DNA from: Squalus acanthias
Taxonomy: Eukaryota
Assembly: GCA_030390025.1 (NCBI GenBank)
Contig: CM059432.1
Span: 141,610,001-141,674,000 of the forward strand
Length of the DNA stretch: 64,000 nucleotides
Reading direction: 5' to 3'
The notes beneath the pieces were generated by a model. The model saw nothing but the letters and a program-made list of their open reading frames with translations, was not told the DNA's origin and made no database searches. Positions 13,013-25,477 of this stretch are shown here, piece by piece (position 1 is the stretch's first letter; each line of letters starts with the position of its first letter). A program made the translations under genes and the position numbers.

Positions 13013-13676
13013 GGGGTAAAAATTAATTTTAGCGCCCCTGAAAAAGTTAGCGCCCCCCGCGGCCGATTTTCCCAGGTAGCGCCCCGAGAGGGAAGAGGGG
13101 CGCTACTGGAAGCGCCCCGCGTCCCTCTTGGGGCGTTGCGAGCCAAGATCGCAGCGCTACGTACCGCGGTACTGCAGGCCTATCTCCCCTTATTAAAGGG
13201 GAGGTGCCAGGCGCAGCACGTCCCGGCGCCCAGCTGGGCCGCCAGGGATCGGCAGTGCCGGCAAACGAGCCCAGCACTCAAGAGGAGGACTTCATGAGGG
13301 CTGGGGACAGCAACGGGGGCAGGTGCTGGCAGACGGCCAGCAACAAAAATGGCCGCCCGCCACCTCCCCTTTAACTAGCGCCGCCCCGGCCACAGGTAGG
13401 CCCCCCTGACCCCGGCGGACATAGTGTCCGGTGGTAAGTCGGGGTGTGCCACCCAATGTTACAGCCGGGCCGCGAGCAGGGCGCTGCGCATGGCGATGAC
13501 GTCATCGCCGACGGCGCAGCGCCGTGCGCCGCTAACGGTTAGCGCCGCCGCTAACCTCCCGTTGAATTTCGCGGGAGGCCTGAGCAGTGCCGCGCCCAGG
13601 CGCTAGTTGATTTGCGCCCCGTTAGCGCCCTCTTAGAGCGCTAACGGGAGGTGCAAATCAACCGAATTTAGGCCCC
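13013..13676. mobile_element. GC/CpG-rich PIF/Harbinger-like MITE
   Basis: TIR GGGGTAAAAATT / AATTTAGGCCCC flanked by a perfect TAA TSD (13010-13012 and 13677-13679). Confidence 0.8.
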
Positions 13677-14699
13677 TAAAGTCGCTATATCAATACAAGT
13701 AATTGTTGTTGTTGTATTCCTTAAGCATCCCTATGGTGTGCTGCACAGATACTCAGGTGTTGACATGGGGCCCATAGTTTCTGATCTGGCATGTGGGGGG
13801 TTCCTAACTGGCCAAGGCTTCAAAGGGTGGAATAGTTGTCAACCGTTCGCGTGAATTGCCTGCACATCAGTGATTTCGGAGTGATGTTTGTGTGCCAACC
13901 TCTCCCCATCAAAGTCCACTTTTCTCAGGACCTGCAGCCTGCTGGGCTAATTCCCCCAACCCCGTCCGCTCCCACCTCAACCCCACAGGACGCCCCAAAT
14001 GTTATTGGTGTGATTGGAAAGTTATTGGAAATGTTATTGGTGTGTGTGAGCACCAACTTTCGAGCATGTGTGGAATTCAGAGCATATGTGCGCCAAGGTT
14101 GTGGGTCCCACGCTGGCTTACCTCGGACGTTCCACATAAACATCACAAAACCCAACAGGGTTATCTTTGTCAGCCTTACTCGACAAACGTAAACAGTAAA
14201 AATACCTTTCTGTATTTTATGACTATTGATATATGCTAAAGTTTCACTGAAGAATAATGCTGCATCTGCATTTCAATAATAGCGTCAGTTAAAAGTACCG
14301 ACCCCAAATTCTGTTACTGTCCTTTTATTCAATTTTCACATTATTTTTTTAAATATAGCCCAGCATTTTACCATTTGTATTGACAAAGGCTGACTTTTCA
14401 ATCCCTCAGACAGAAATTATGTTTAATTTCTTGCGACGCAAGGGTCAGAGAGAAGTGTACCTTGATGAGGAAGACTCCGTGCTGCCGTTAAATCAATTGT
14501 CAGTCCTCAACTTTTAGGTGAATTTGTTACTCAATGTCCTTGAACAAAAGTACCGCCCATTCTCTGGAAGGAAATCATTGAACAAACATACACTCTCTCC
14601 CCATAACACTGTCAGACTGTGTCCTGTAAATACTGACCTGGAATGTCTTCATATCCTTTCTTTAACTCGAGGGGGTCACAGAGGAATTTTCCAGAGAGT

Positions 14700-15400
14700 T
14701 TGGTCTTCTCTACATTGGGGAGACCAAACGCAGATTGGGTGACCGCTTTGCGGAACACCTCCGTTCAGTCCGTAAGGGGGACCCCGAGCTTCCGGTCGCC
14801 TGTCACTTTAATTCACCGCTCCACTCCCACTCTGACCTCACCGTCCTCGGCCTCCTACATTGTTCCACGGAAGCTCAGCGGAAGCTCGAGGAACAGCACC
14901 TCATCTTTCGATTAGGCACTTTACAGCCTTCTGGACTCAACATAGAGTTCAACAATTTCAGATCATAACCTCGGCCCCTATCATATAAATATTTTTTATC
15001 CACACTTTTTGTTTGTGCCTTTTGTTCTTCCCTCCCACATGGCAGCTGTCTTTCATTCTGCCAGCGCAATTTACACTTTATCTCGAGCCATCCTTTGTTT
15101 CTTAACCTGTCCCATTACCATCTCCTTTTGCCTTGAATATCTCTTAATGTCTCTTAACTTCTCCTGCCTTCTATCCTATCACAGACCTTCCCTTTTGTTC
15201 TTTCATCCCCTCTCCCCTTTCCCAGCTCCTACACGTGCTTAAAAATCTGTTCCATTTCCTGCTTTTTTCCAGTTCTGACGAAAGGTCATCGACCTGAAAC
15301 GTTAACTCTGTTTCTCTCTTCACAGATGCTGCCTGACCTGCTGAGTATCTCCAGCATTTTCTGTTTTTATTTCAGATTTCCAGCATCTGCAGTATTTTCT
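14700..15400 (+). mobile_element. Penelope-like element 3' fragment (GIY-YIG endonuclease end plus UTR)
   Basis: YIGETKRRLGDRFAEHLRSV...HFNS...EQHLIFRLGTLQPSGLNIEF, followed by a typical PLE UTR. Confidence 0.85.
15271..15307 (+). ncRNA. Minimal type I hammerhead ribozyme motif in the Penelope-like UTR
   Basis: AGTT-CTGACGA-A-AGGTC-ATC-GACCT-GAAAC-GTT-AACT: conserved CUGANGA/GAAA core, stem II AGGTC/GACCT, stem I AGTT/AACT and a palindromic ACGT stem III. Confidence 0.7.
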
Positions 15401-15462
15401 TTTTGTTTCCAGAGAATTTGTTTCCCTTATGGGCCCTGTTTTTTTGCCTCTCCCAGGAGATT

Positions 15463-15838
15463 ATGGGCCTGTATTCTCTGGAGTTTAAAAGAATGAGAGG
15501 TGATCTCATTGTAACGTATAAAATTCTTAGAGGGTTTGACAGGGTAGAGTCTGGAGAGTCTAAAACTAGGGCTCATAGTCTCAGGAGAAGGGGTCGGACA
15601 TTTAGGATTGAGATGAGGAAAAATTTCTTTGAAATTATCTACTCCAGAGGACTGTGGATGGTCAGTCGTTGAGTATATTCAAGACAGAGATCGATAGATT
15701 TTTGGACACTAAGGGAATGGGGATCAGGCGGGAAAGTGGAGTTGAGTTCGAAGATCAGCCATGACCTTATTGAATGGTGGAGCAGGCTCGAGGGGCCGTA
15801 AGGCCTATTCCTGCTCCTAATTCTTATGATCTTATGTC
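15463..15838 (+). mobile_element. CR1 3' fragment
   Basis: GLYSLEFKRMRGDLI peptide and TTCTTATG tail. Confidence 0.8.
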
Positions 15839-16027
15839 CTATTACATGGCTGTGGGGAGTTAGGGAGGAAGTGTTTAGTCCTGACGTTCCAGCCATCATG
15901 GTGTGTGGGGCAGGCTTGATGGACCAGATGGTCTTTTCCTGCCTGTCAGTTTCATAATGTTGGTAACTGACATTGACTCACTGCTGTGCACCCTTTTTGC
16001 TGGTTTACATATCCTAGCAGCTCACTA

Positions 16028-16652
16028 GAACATAGAACTACATAGAATATACAGCACAGAAACAGGCCATTTGGCCCAACTAATCCATGCTGGCATTTAT
16101 GCTCCACTCGAGCCTCTTCCCATCTTCCTCATCTAACTCTATCAGCATAACCCTCTATTCCTTCTCCCTCATGTGCTTATCTAGCCACCTCTTAAATGCA
16201 TCTATACTATTCGCCTCAACTACTCCCTGTAGCAGCGAGTTCCACTTTCTCACCACTCTCTGGGTAAGGAAGTTTCTACTGAATTCCCTATTTGATTTCT
16301 TGGTGACTATCTTATATTGATGGCCTCTTCCCCACAAGTGGAAACACTAACTCTGTGTCTACTCTATCAAAATAATTTTAAAGACCTCTATTAGGTCACC
16401 TCTCAGCCTAGACCCAGCCTATTCATCCTTTCCTGATAGGTATACCCTCGCATTTCTGGCACCATCCTTGTAAATCTTTTATGCACCCTCTCCAGTGCCT
16501 CTATGTCCTTTTTATAATATGGCGACCAGAATTATGCACAGTACTCCAAGTGTGGTCTAACCAAAGTCCGATACAAGTTTAGCATAGCTTCTCTACTTTT
16601 CAATTCTATCCCTCTGGCAATAAACCCTAGTTTGGCCTTTGTTATGGCCTTA
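16028..16652 (-). mobile_element. CR1 3' fragment
   Basis: LGFIARGIELKSREAMLNLYRTLVRPHLEYC and a CR1 tail. Confidence 0.8.
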
Positions 16653-17339
16653 GAACAGCAATACCTGCAGTGCAGCTCACTAGAGAAGGGAAACCAGCCA
16701 TCAGTAACATAATGCAAGGCAGTAAAAACCAGCCCTGAGCTCTATATTTAGTACACGGCCAGGTAATGTAGCCAATTGGAAGACAGAAAGCCCATGCAGA
16801 AAATCAGTGAGTGAAATACTTAGCAAAGGGAAAAATGAAAGGTTAGAAGGGGAAAAGGGCAGTGTTTCCCAGTAGTACAGTTGATTTATATGCCAGCAGA
16901 TTGTGCCATTGAGTGTAAGGACACAAGGTTATGCCCGTGATTTCCCACACAGCGATCAGTATCATTACGGGACCTGCTGAGGACAGGCGGAGGCAAAAAC
17001 AGATGATTGAACAGGTGGCGTTCTCAAGCATTAGCTGGCTCTCAGAGTAGCATTGCTAAGAAACTGACGGCAGGTTGCTTGCCATTTCTCCTGATCAAGC
17101 AATGAGCAATCCAAAAAAAATGGAGAACTAATTTTTGGGTTTTATTTTTTAAAAAACCTAGAAAAACAGCAAGATTCTTCCAGCTGGGAGAGACTATTGA
17201 CAGTGGTGGTCCTCCAATCTCAAACCACTTCCAGTTGTGAATTAGTGATGGTTCATTTGAGGGCCAGTCCCAGACGGACGTTTCTCCGTCCCTTTCTCCC
17301 AGCTGCTGTATTCCGGAAACAGACTTTGACAAATTGAAG

Positions 17340-17540
17340 CAACAACAGAAAACGCTGGAAAAACTCAGCAGGCCAGGCAACATCCGTGGAGAGAGAAACA
17401 GAGTTAACGTTTCAGGTCGAAATCTTCGTCAGAACTGAGGAAAAAAGCAGGAAATGAAACAGATAAAAAAGCAAGGGGGAGGCTGGGGGGAGGAATAACT
17501 ATGGTAAGTAGAGACATTAAGAGATGCTCAAGGCAAGACG
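17340..17540 (-). mobile_element. Penelope-like UTR fragment with a degenerate hammerhead motif (17402-17436)
   Basis: Reverse-complement homologue of ~15120-15365. CTGACGA...GAAACGTTAACT is retained but stem II is mismatched. Confidence 0.7.
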
Positions 17541-17614
17541 AGATGGTTTGACAAATTGAAGGCTCGGTCAGTGGAAAACACAAGAGTAGAGAGGGGAGCT
17601 CAACCAGAGCTGCT

Positions 17615-17838
17615 GAGGCCATAAGCTCTGGACTTCTCTCCCTAAACCTCTCCGCCTCTCTACCTCTCTCTCCTCCTTGAAGACGCTCCTTAAAACCTAC
17701 CTCTTTGACCAAGCTTTTGGTCACCTGCCCAAATATCTCCTTATGTGGCTCAGTGTCAAATTTTGCCTGATAACGCTTCGGTGGGACGTTTTACTGTGTT
17801 AAAGGCGCTATATAAATGCAAGTTGCTGTTGTTGTGTA
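17615..17838 (+). mobile_element. L2 3' end
   Basis: L2 3' UTR and (TTG)n tail. Confidence 0.8.
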
Positions 17839-18339
17839 GGAATTTCACCCATTGCCCACTCCTTCGTAAGGAAAGTCCCAGCCCAATATCGTGGCTAGTT
17901 CCCTACCTGTCACGGTCACCTGCTCCTGCTCCAGCACCGCAGCCAGGTAACCGTGTGCTGCAGATGCAGAATTTCCTGACTTTGTGCAATAATATGTACA
18001 AGGTTAGTTTCACAAGATCAGGAAATTCTGCTTCTGCAGCACTGAGCGAAGTATCTGGCTGTAGGACTGGGGGGCTGGGACCACAGGAGGCAAGGAATTA
18101 GCCATCGCATCAAGCAGGCTTTTCCACTGACCTGAGCAAATAAATAGTCATTATGGATGCTCAACTGCACCAAACACACAGACCGACCTCTCCGTATTTC
18201 TCTGTACATCAGTAACTCCAGCCTGCCAAGCAATCCCCTGTTGCCAAGAGTCACTACTGCTCCATTCCACATGCCAGGTACAAAGATGCTAATAATAAAT
18301 TCTGCATTCCAATGTAATAAAAAGGAACTTAAGAAAGAA

Positions 18340-18670
18340 AAGAAAGAAAGACTTTCATTTATATAGCGTCTTTCACGACCTCAGGACATACCAAAGCGCT
18401 TTATAACCAATTAAGTACTTTTCAAGTGTAGTCACTGTTGTAATGTAGGAAATGTAGGAAACGCAGCAGCCCAATTTGCGCACAGCAAGCTCCCATAAAC
18501 AGCAATGTGATGATAACCAGATAATCTGTTTTAGTGATGTTGATTGAAGAATAAATATTGGTCAGGAAACCAGGGAGAACACCCCTACTCTTCTTCGAAA
18601 TAATGCTGTGGGATTTTTTACGTCCACCTGAGAGAGCAGACAGGGCTGAGGTTTAACATCTCATCGAAAG
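18340..18670 (-). mobile_element. DeuSINE fragment
   Basis: Homology to the 3' two-thirds of the SINE. Confidence 0.75.
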
Positions 18671-18979
18671 AACTTACTCAGTAGTGGCCTTGGTCATAGA
18701 CCTTTAATCATGGGTGTTTTTCAGTTGTTCATTGTTCCTTTTGAGTTGTCGACTTTTTGGGGGCTATTTTTTTTAAAGCTGTTTGTCAATCTTTCCAAGT
18801 TTTGTAAGTTGGCCTATATGGGGTAGCCTTGGTCTCCCAAGAGCCTTCCACCCATACCCTTGGGCCAGTTAAATAATCCAGGCCATGTAGATTGTCGCAG
18901 AATGAAAGAATCATGGCTGCTTCCTGGATAACGGGCATTAACACTTCTGTGGCCTGAAACTACTTGCATATGCATTGTG

Positions 18980-19885
18980 GTTTATCTTCTTACTCTACAT
19001 GCTGCCCCTTGGTAACATCATCCGCAAACATGAGGTCAATTTCCACGGGTATGCTAAGGACACTCAGATATACCTCTCCACCACTTCCCCCCCTTGGCCT
19101 CTCGACTGCCTCTGTGCTGTCAGACCACTTGTTCGACACAAAGTCTTGGATGAATCACAGATTCTTCCAGCTGAACATTAGAAAGATCTCAGCCATCGTC
19201 TGTCTCCAGCTCAACCAGATCTTTTTCAGTGTTGGCATTCTATTCAACCCTGAACTTAGTTTCAGACCCCACATCCTCTCCACTACAAAGATCACTGAGT
19301 TCCACCTCTGCAATATTGCCACCTCTGTCCTTCCACCTTTGAAATCCTTATGCATGCCTTCATCACCTCCAGACTTGACTACGCCAATCCTCTCCTTGCT
19401 AGCCTCCTTCCTCCACCCAACATAATCTCCAACTTGTGCAAAACTCTGCCGCACATATCTTAGCCACATTACATCCCACTCATCAATTACCCCTGTCTTT
19501 GCTGACCTACTTTTGCTCTCCATTCCTCCAACACTTTAAATTGTAAATCCTTGTCTATTCCTGTATGGCCTCATCCCACCCTATCTCTGCAATCTCCTCC
19601 AGTCCAACATCCGCATCATCAACACTCGGTTCCTCTGACTCTTCCCTTTGTCCTACCGTTGGTGGCAGAGTCGTCAGTCAATGGAGCCTACTCACCTGGA
19701 ATTCCTACCCTACGCCTGCACATCCTCTCCACCGCCCTTTAAAAACATGTCTGTTCAGCCAAGCTTTCAGTCACCGCTCCTAACCTTTCCCTTCCTCAAT
19801 CGCCATCCATTTTGCTTATGCAATTTTGTGAAGTGTCTTCAGGATGTTCTTTTTCCTTAAAGGCGCTGGAGAAATAAATGTTGTC
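18980..19885 (+). mobile_element. Old, deleted L2 fragment
   Basis: [27 protein letters not shown] (decayed YADD region) and a degenerate L2 3' end. Confidence 0.75.
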
Positions 19886-20262
19886 GTCATGTGGAGCTTC
19901 GATGGCCACATGGGTTCCAGCTATAATACCCTGGACTCTTGCAAAGCCTGCCAACCAGTAAAGGTCCAAAGCCCTCTCCAGTTGGTGTCTCCTTTTCAAC
20001 GGGAATGTGATAAAGATGAAAACAGGGCATCAGTTCACGCGGTTTACGTAGGAATTAACTGAAGACTTGCTCATCTAGCAGGTGTCCACTGAAGTGGCTA
20101 AGAAAGACCTTGCGCCATAGAATCTTGGTGCTGTGGGGAAGAGCCATCCTTGGCTAGTTCTTAGGTCGGCCTGCAGCAGCTGACGTAGGTCGATCATTGC
20201 CTTTGCATTGAAGCACAGGCGCCAAAGACAGATCTCCTCTGACATAGCCAGGTAGGAGTGGC
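19886..20262 (-). pseudogene. Decayed PIF/Harbinger (HARBI1-like) transposase N-terminal half
   Basis: HSYLAMSEEICLWRLCFNAKAMIDLRQLLQADL...LAGFARVQGIIAGTHVAIEAP; compare the Harbinger motif GFPRVQGAIDGTHVAI. Confidence 0.7.
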
Positions 20263-21231
20263 CTAGTCTGTAAATACAGGACTTAGGGTGAGCTGAATGG
20301 AGTGAGCATACTCATTGAAGTGTCTTTGGACCTGGAGATTTTGGTCCACATACTTGGCCAATCCCTGCAGCACTACGGGAATCAACAGGAAGTCCCTTCC
20401 CCTTATGTCGATGGTCTTAATGCGAGGGGGGTGGGGGGGCAGACAGAGGCTTTGCACCACAAGGTCACACAGGAAACTTGGCTTCACGGATCTGGATCCC
20501 AGTGAGGTTTTCATCTGTTCCAGCAGACACCCACTGATGTTGTGGGACGTGTCTATCAGAACAGCTGCATATTTTACATAGAATGTACAGCACAGAAACA
20601 GGCCATTCGGCCCAACTAGAGTACCACTGATTTTAAAAATAGAATTATAGATAGAGATTGATATATATACCTCGCATCTAATGCACAGCTGTCACGCCTC
20701 CAGTGTTTGCCAAACTTGCACCTGATTGGGTCAAGTACCGTTTTCATAAAACATTGCCAGATCACACCAGAATAGGTGCAGAACATCAATCAACAAATAG
20801 AAAACGGGAACGGGAAGCACCAATCAAGAATGAGCACTCGGCAAAATCTACCAATATAAAAGGGGAATCGATGAAATCGGTCACAATAATTTTTGGCAGC
20901 CATCTTTATTTGTCAAATCACCTCAGGAGAGAGTCTAAAAAATAAGATTTTTAACGAGAAAAGGTTTTTTAAAAATTTACAATAATATCAATAAGCTTAG
21001 CTGCACGGTTTATTGTGGGATTGAATGTCCTCATGAATGTTGTTTGGGGAGGCCTGTCACTGTGTTAGAGTTGTGGCTGCTTCTCCAAGTCCCTCAGTGA
21101 AGTGCTTCGAGCCAAGTAGCCAATTCCCAGAATGTACCGTGTCATACTGATAGACTACAACTCCCAGACTGCACTCAAGATTACCTCTTTCTATTCTCAC
21201 TGTGTATTGGACAAAGAGGGTGGGGCTTGAC

Positions 21232-21776
21232 TATTCCAACGCTCTCCTGGCTGGCCTCGCATACCCTTGAGCTCATCCAAAACTCTGCTGCCCGTATCCT
21301 AACCCGCACCAAGTCATGTTCACACATCGCCCCGTGTGCTCGCTGACCTACAGTGGCTCCCGGTCCGGCAACGCCTCAATTTTAAAATTCTCATCCTTGC
21401 TTTCAAATCCCTCCATGGCCTCGGCCCCCTCCCTATTTCTGTAACCTCCTCCAGCCCCACAACCCTCCGAGATCTCTGCGCTCCACCAATTCTGGCCTCT
21501 TGCGCATCCCCGATTTCCTTCACTCCACCATTGGTGGCCGTGCCTTCAGCTGCCTGGGCCCTAACCTTTGGAATTCCCTCCCTAAACCTTTCCGTTTCTC
21601 CACCTTTAAGACGCTCCTTAAAACCTACCTCTTTGACCAAGCTTTTGGCCACCTGCCCTAATATCTCCTTATGTGGCTCAGTGTCAAATTTTGTCTGATA
21701 ATCGCTCCTGTGAAGTGCCTTGGGACATTTTACTATGTTAAAGGTGCTATATAATTACAAATTGTTGTTGTTATTG
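21232..21776 (+). mobile_element. L2 3' fragment
   Basis: LADLQWLPVRQRLNFKILILAFKSLHG and an L2 tail. Confidence 0.85.
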
Positions 21777-21889
21777 AGGTGGGTTCCAATACACGAACTG
21801 TAAATGCATGGATGCCCAAGACAGGAGGAGAGAAGTTGCAGACCATTTGCGACAAAACAGCAGCCGGGATTGTGGCCTGAACCCCTAAT

Positions 21890-22292
21890 CAAGCCCCACA
21901 CCAGACACCCGAGCACAAAAATCTAGGCTGGCACTCCATTGAGGGAGTGCTGCACTGTTGGAGGTGCCACCTTTCGGATGAGACGTTAAACCGAGGCCCC
22001 GTCTGCCCTCTCGGGTGGATGTAAAAGATCCCACGGCACTATTTCAAAGAAGAGCAGGGGAGTTCTCCCCGGTGTCCTGGGGCCAATATTTATCCCTCAG
22101 ACAACATCACTAAAAACAGATTATCTGCTCATTATCACATTGCTGTTTGTGGGAGTTTGCTGTGAGCAAATTGGCTGCTGCGTTTCCTACCTTACAACAG
22201 TTTCTACACTTCAAAAAGTACTTCATTGGCTGTAAAGCGCTTTGAGACGTCCTGAGGACGTGAAAGGCGCTATAGAAATGCAAGTTCTTCCT
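21890..22292 (+). mobile_element. DeuSINE, 5'-truncated
   Basis: Deu-like core GATGAGACGTTAAACCGAGG and an L2-like tail. Confidence 0.8.
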
Positions 22293-22602
22293 TTCTATTA
22301 AATGCAGCCCCCCTTTTATAAGGTGGCCGCTGGGGGTGGGGGGGAAATCACTTCTTTCGGGGAGGGGCCCCAACTCTTCCGCCGCATATTTCAACTTCTT
22401 CAGTAGGTGGGCGCGCAAGACTCCCTTCGTGGTGTGAGCGCCCACCGTTGCCATTCAAATGAAGTGACCTCGCCTTGACCCCCCATCAAACATTGCTGGG
22501 GGCAGGGGCGGAGGTTCCTGGGGTGGGCACAAATATGCGGGGATGCGCCTCCCCTTCCCTGTGAGTTTTCATTTCTATAATTTCCAGTCTCCTCCGCTGC
22601 CC

Positions 22603-23170
22603 TACTATTACTGCGTAAGGCTGATGTCGCTGGAGAGCAACAACTATAATGTTACATTGAGGTGGTTAAGCCAGATAATTGCGTCAGGAGTAGCGGAGCG
22701 TGTCGCCGTGATGCCTCCTTCGTATTTGTGAATCGGGCATCGAGTCGTTATATGCTCCATGGTCTGTTCTGGGTGACCGTAGTCGCACACTGGAGAGTTT
22801 TAAAGTCTCCATTTGTGCATCAAGTAGCCAGATCCGCCATGGTTTGTGCGGATGCGGTTTGGGCACGGCCATAAGCTTCGCCGAAGATCAAAGCCAGGGA
22901 TCGTCAGCGGCGGATATTTCACGAGGTGTTTGTTTGTGACTTCTTGTGAACTTCATTCTGCTTTCCAAGCATCGTCAGGGTTTGAAGTCGCACTGTCGAA
23001 GGTTAGGCGTGTAGGTCCAAAAGGGCTTGCGTGACTTCAAGCGGTGGTGAGGGACGTTGTTGAGATCCTGGTGGATGGGGAGATGTTCATTTTCCACCGT
23101 GCGCTGGACTTCCCGGAGGGTTGCGGCATCGTGGCAAATGGATGGGGGAGCGATGTGCGAGTAAAAGCAT
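22603..23170 (-). mobile_element. Vingi/Ingi-like LINE 3' fragment
   Basis: HIAPPSICHDAATLREV...RLKSRKPFW...IPGFDLRRSLWPCPNRIRTNHG..GYLMHKW...SPVCDYGHPEQTMEHITTRCP...WL resembles the recalled Vingi ORF C-terminus. Confidence 0.65.
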
Positions 23171-23308
23171 AAGCAACAGAACCAGTAAGCGGTAAATGAG
23201 GACCAATGGAAAAATAACCATTCCTGTGGGATATTCGCAACAGGAAAGAAACAAGATCCTAAACCTGAACTGCTTGTGATCATTAATGAACATAAATTGT
23301 TATATTAG

Positions 23309-23413
<105 letters not shown>

Positions 23414-23724
23414 TAAGTATGTCTTCAGCGTCAGACTTCTAAAGCATGGTTACACATCTCCATCAATGCTGCCCAAATTTAACGTTTAAGGCTCCATGGC
23501 TGGAGTACTTGGCGCCTTAGCCTCACACTACAGCTACAGCAACTCCATAGTCAGTGCCAACACAGAGGACACATGGTGCGGGAAAGTGCTGCACCAAAAA
23601 TTATTCCACAAGTCAGGGAAGCATTTCAGAGTCACAAGCGATTAAGAACGGTTACTACACAAGAGGCCCATGTCTCTTGCCTCCTACACGCCTGAACAAA
23701 TGCAAAATGAGGCGAGACTGAAAA

Positions 23725-24146
23725 AGAGAGAACTTCAATTTATATAGCGCCTTTCACAGCCTCAGGATGTCCCAAAGTACTTTACAGCCAATTAAGTACT
23801 TTTTGAAGTGTAGTCATTGTTATAATGTAGGAAACATGGCAGCCAATTTGCACACAGACAACATTGTGATAGTGACCAGATAATCTGTATTAGTTAAGTT
23901 AGTTGGGGGATAAATATGGGCCAGCACACTGGGGAGAACTACGCTGCTCTTCTTTGAAATAGTCCCATGGGATGGATCTTTTACGTCCACTTGAGAGGGC
24001 AGATGAGGTCTCAATTTAACGTCTCATCCCTCAGTACTGCACTGAAATGTCAGCCTGGATTATGTGCTCAAGTCTCTGGAGTGGGACTTGAACCCACAAC
24101 CTTCTGATTCAAAGGCGAGAGTGCTGCCCACTGAGCCACGGCTGAC
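23725..24146 (-). mobile_element. DeuSINE
   Basis: tRNA head at ~24075-24146 and SINE body. Confidence 0.8.
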
Positions 24147-24329
24147 ACTTCTTTCCAGCCATCTGTTGCAAATATTTGATTTTCTCATCTTGCAAATGCA
24201 CTCTAGCAAGACGAGGGGCCATGCAGCCACCCTCAGTGATTATAATGGCACCCTACATAGAAGGATATCAGAGCCATGGCAGGGAGACACCGATGGGTAT
24301 AGATACATCAATCTTTTAAGGAACTTAGG

Positions 24330-24965
24330 TGGAAACGGCCATAAAAAAGGCAAGTGGGATTCAATCTCAAAAATTGAATATGAAAGGGAGAAAGTGACGC
24401 TGAATTTCTACAAGACATTAGTTAGGTCACAGTTGGAGTACTGCAAGCATCGCATTATAGTAAGGATAGTGGAGGCATGGACTGGGTACAGCGAACATTC
24501 ACTGGAGTGATACCAGGAATGAGGGGCTATAGTTAATGAAGAAAGCTTTAAAAAATTAGCTCTTTTTTCCCCACTGGAACCGAGAAGGTTGAAGAGGGAC
24601 CCAACAGAGGTTTTCAAAATTATGAAGTGTTTTGAGAGAGTAAACAGTGAAAGATTATTTCCGCTGGTAGGCAAATCGGTAACAAGGGGTTAGAGACTCA
24701 GGATTATCACTGGAGAAATGATACGAGAGATGAGAAGAATATTTTCACACAGACAGTTATTAGAACGTGGAATGCTTCACTACAGTGGCTATTGAGCAGA
24801 GACTGTAATAACATTTAAAAGGGAATTGGATAGGTGTCTGTAAAGGAAGAGTATAAAGATATATAAAAGGAATGGGCAGAAAAGTCGGATTGGAATAGAC
24901 AGCCCCAAACAGAGCTGACACGGGCTGAATGGCCTCCTTCGGTGCTGTAGTTTTAATCATTCTAC
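24330..24965 (+). mobile_element. Old CR1 3' fragment
   Basis: LNFYKTLVRSQLEYC and a decayed CR1 3' end. Confidence 0.7.
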
Positions 24966-25477
24966 CGTGCAAAGGTGGAAGTGGATGCAGTGAAAATTCG
25001 TGCAGTGCAGACATTGGCTTTCCCATCACAAGCCAACCATGCTCTGTGCTATCGTCTTCCACCTAAATACATAAACGTGGTTAAAAGTGGCCAGTTGTAT
25101 CCATCAGAACTGCAGTTCCGACAAAGGCTTCACACCTGAAACGTTAGCGCATCTGTTCTCTCCTTAGTCTGGGGGTTAAAAAGCTATATTATTGACATTG
25201 GGCCAGTGAGCGCTACCCTTTCCAAATTCACAGCGATGCAAACAATACCCCAAACATGAATGACAGTCATATCGCAGAAAAAATTGCTGGGACTCCTTCA
25301 TTATTTGTCTCTCCTCTCCTCTTTTCTAGGTTTCTTCTTTGCTCTACTCCTCTCTTTTTCTTCTCTTTATTTCTGTCTGTCTTCACTCGCTGTCATTTTA
25401 ATAAAACTCCTTCATTTCCACCTATGGATGCTGGGAAAACTCCATTTCCATAACATGCACTCCAGTGAGAACTCAGT

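Noticed and set aside
13013..13676. CpG-island promoter of a host gene
   Set aside because: The GC-rich tract is bounded exactly by TIRs and a TAA TSD, so it is a MITE.
17840..18002. Possible extra GASK1A exon (TGTAG|...AAG|GTTAGT)
   Set aside because: Its 163 nt would shift the frame between phase-0 junctions, the peptide has no FAM198 similarity, and the flanking exons already join seamlessly.
20263..20560. Overlapping short ORFs, possibly a decayed RT fragment
   Set aside because: No motif could be matched with confidence.
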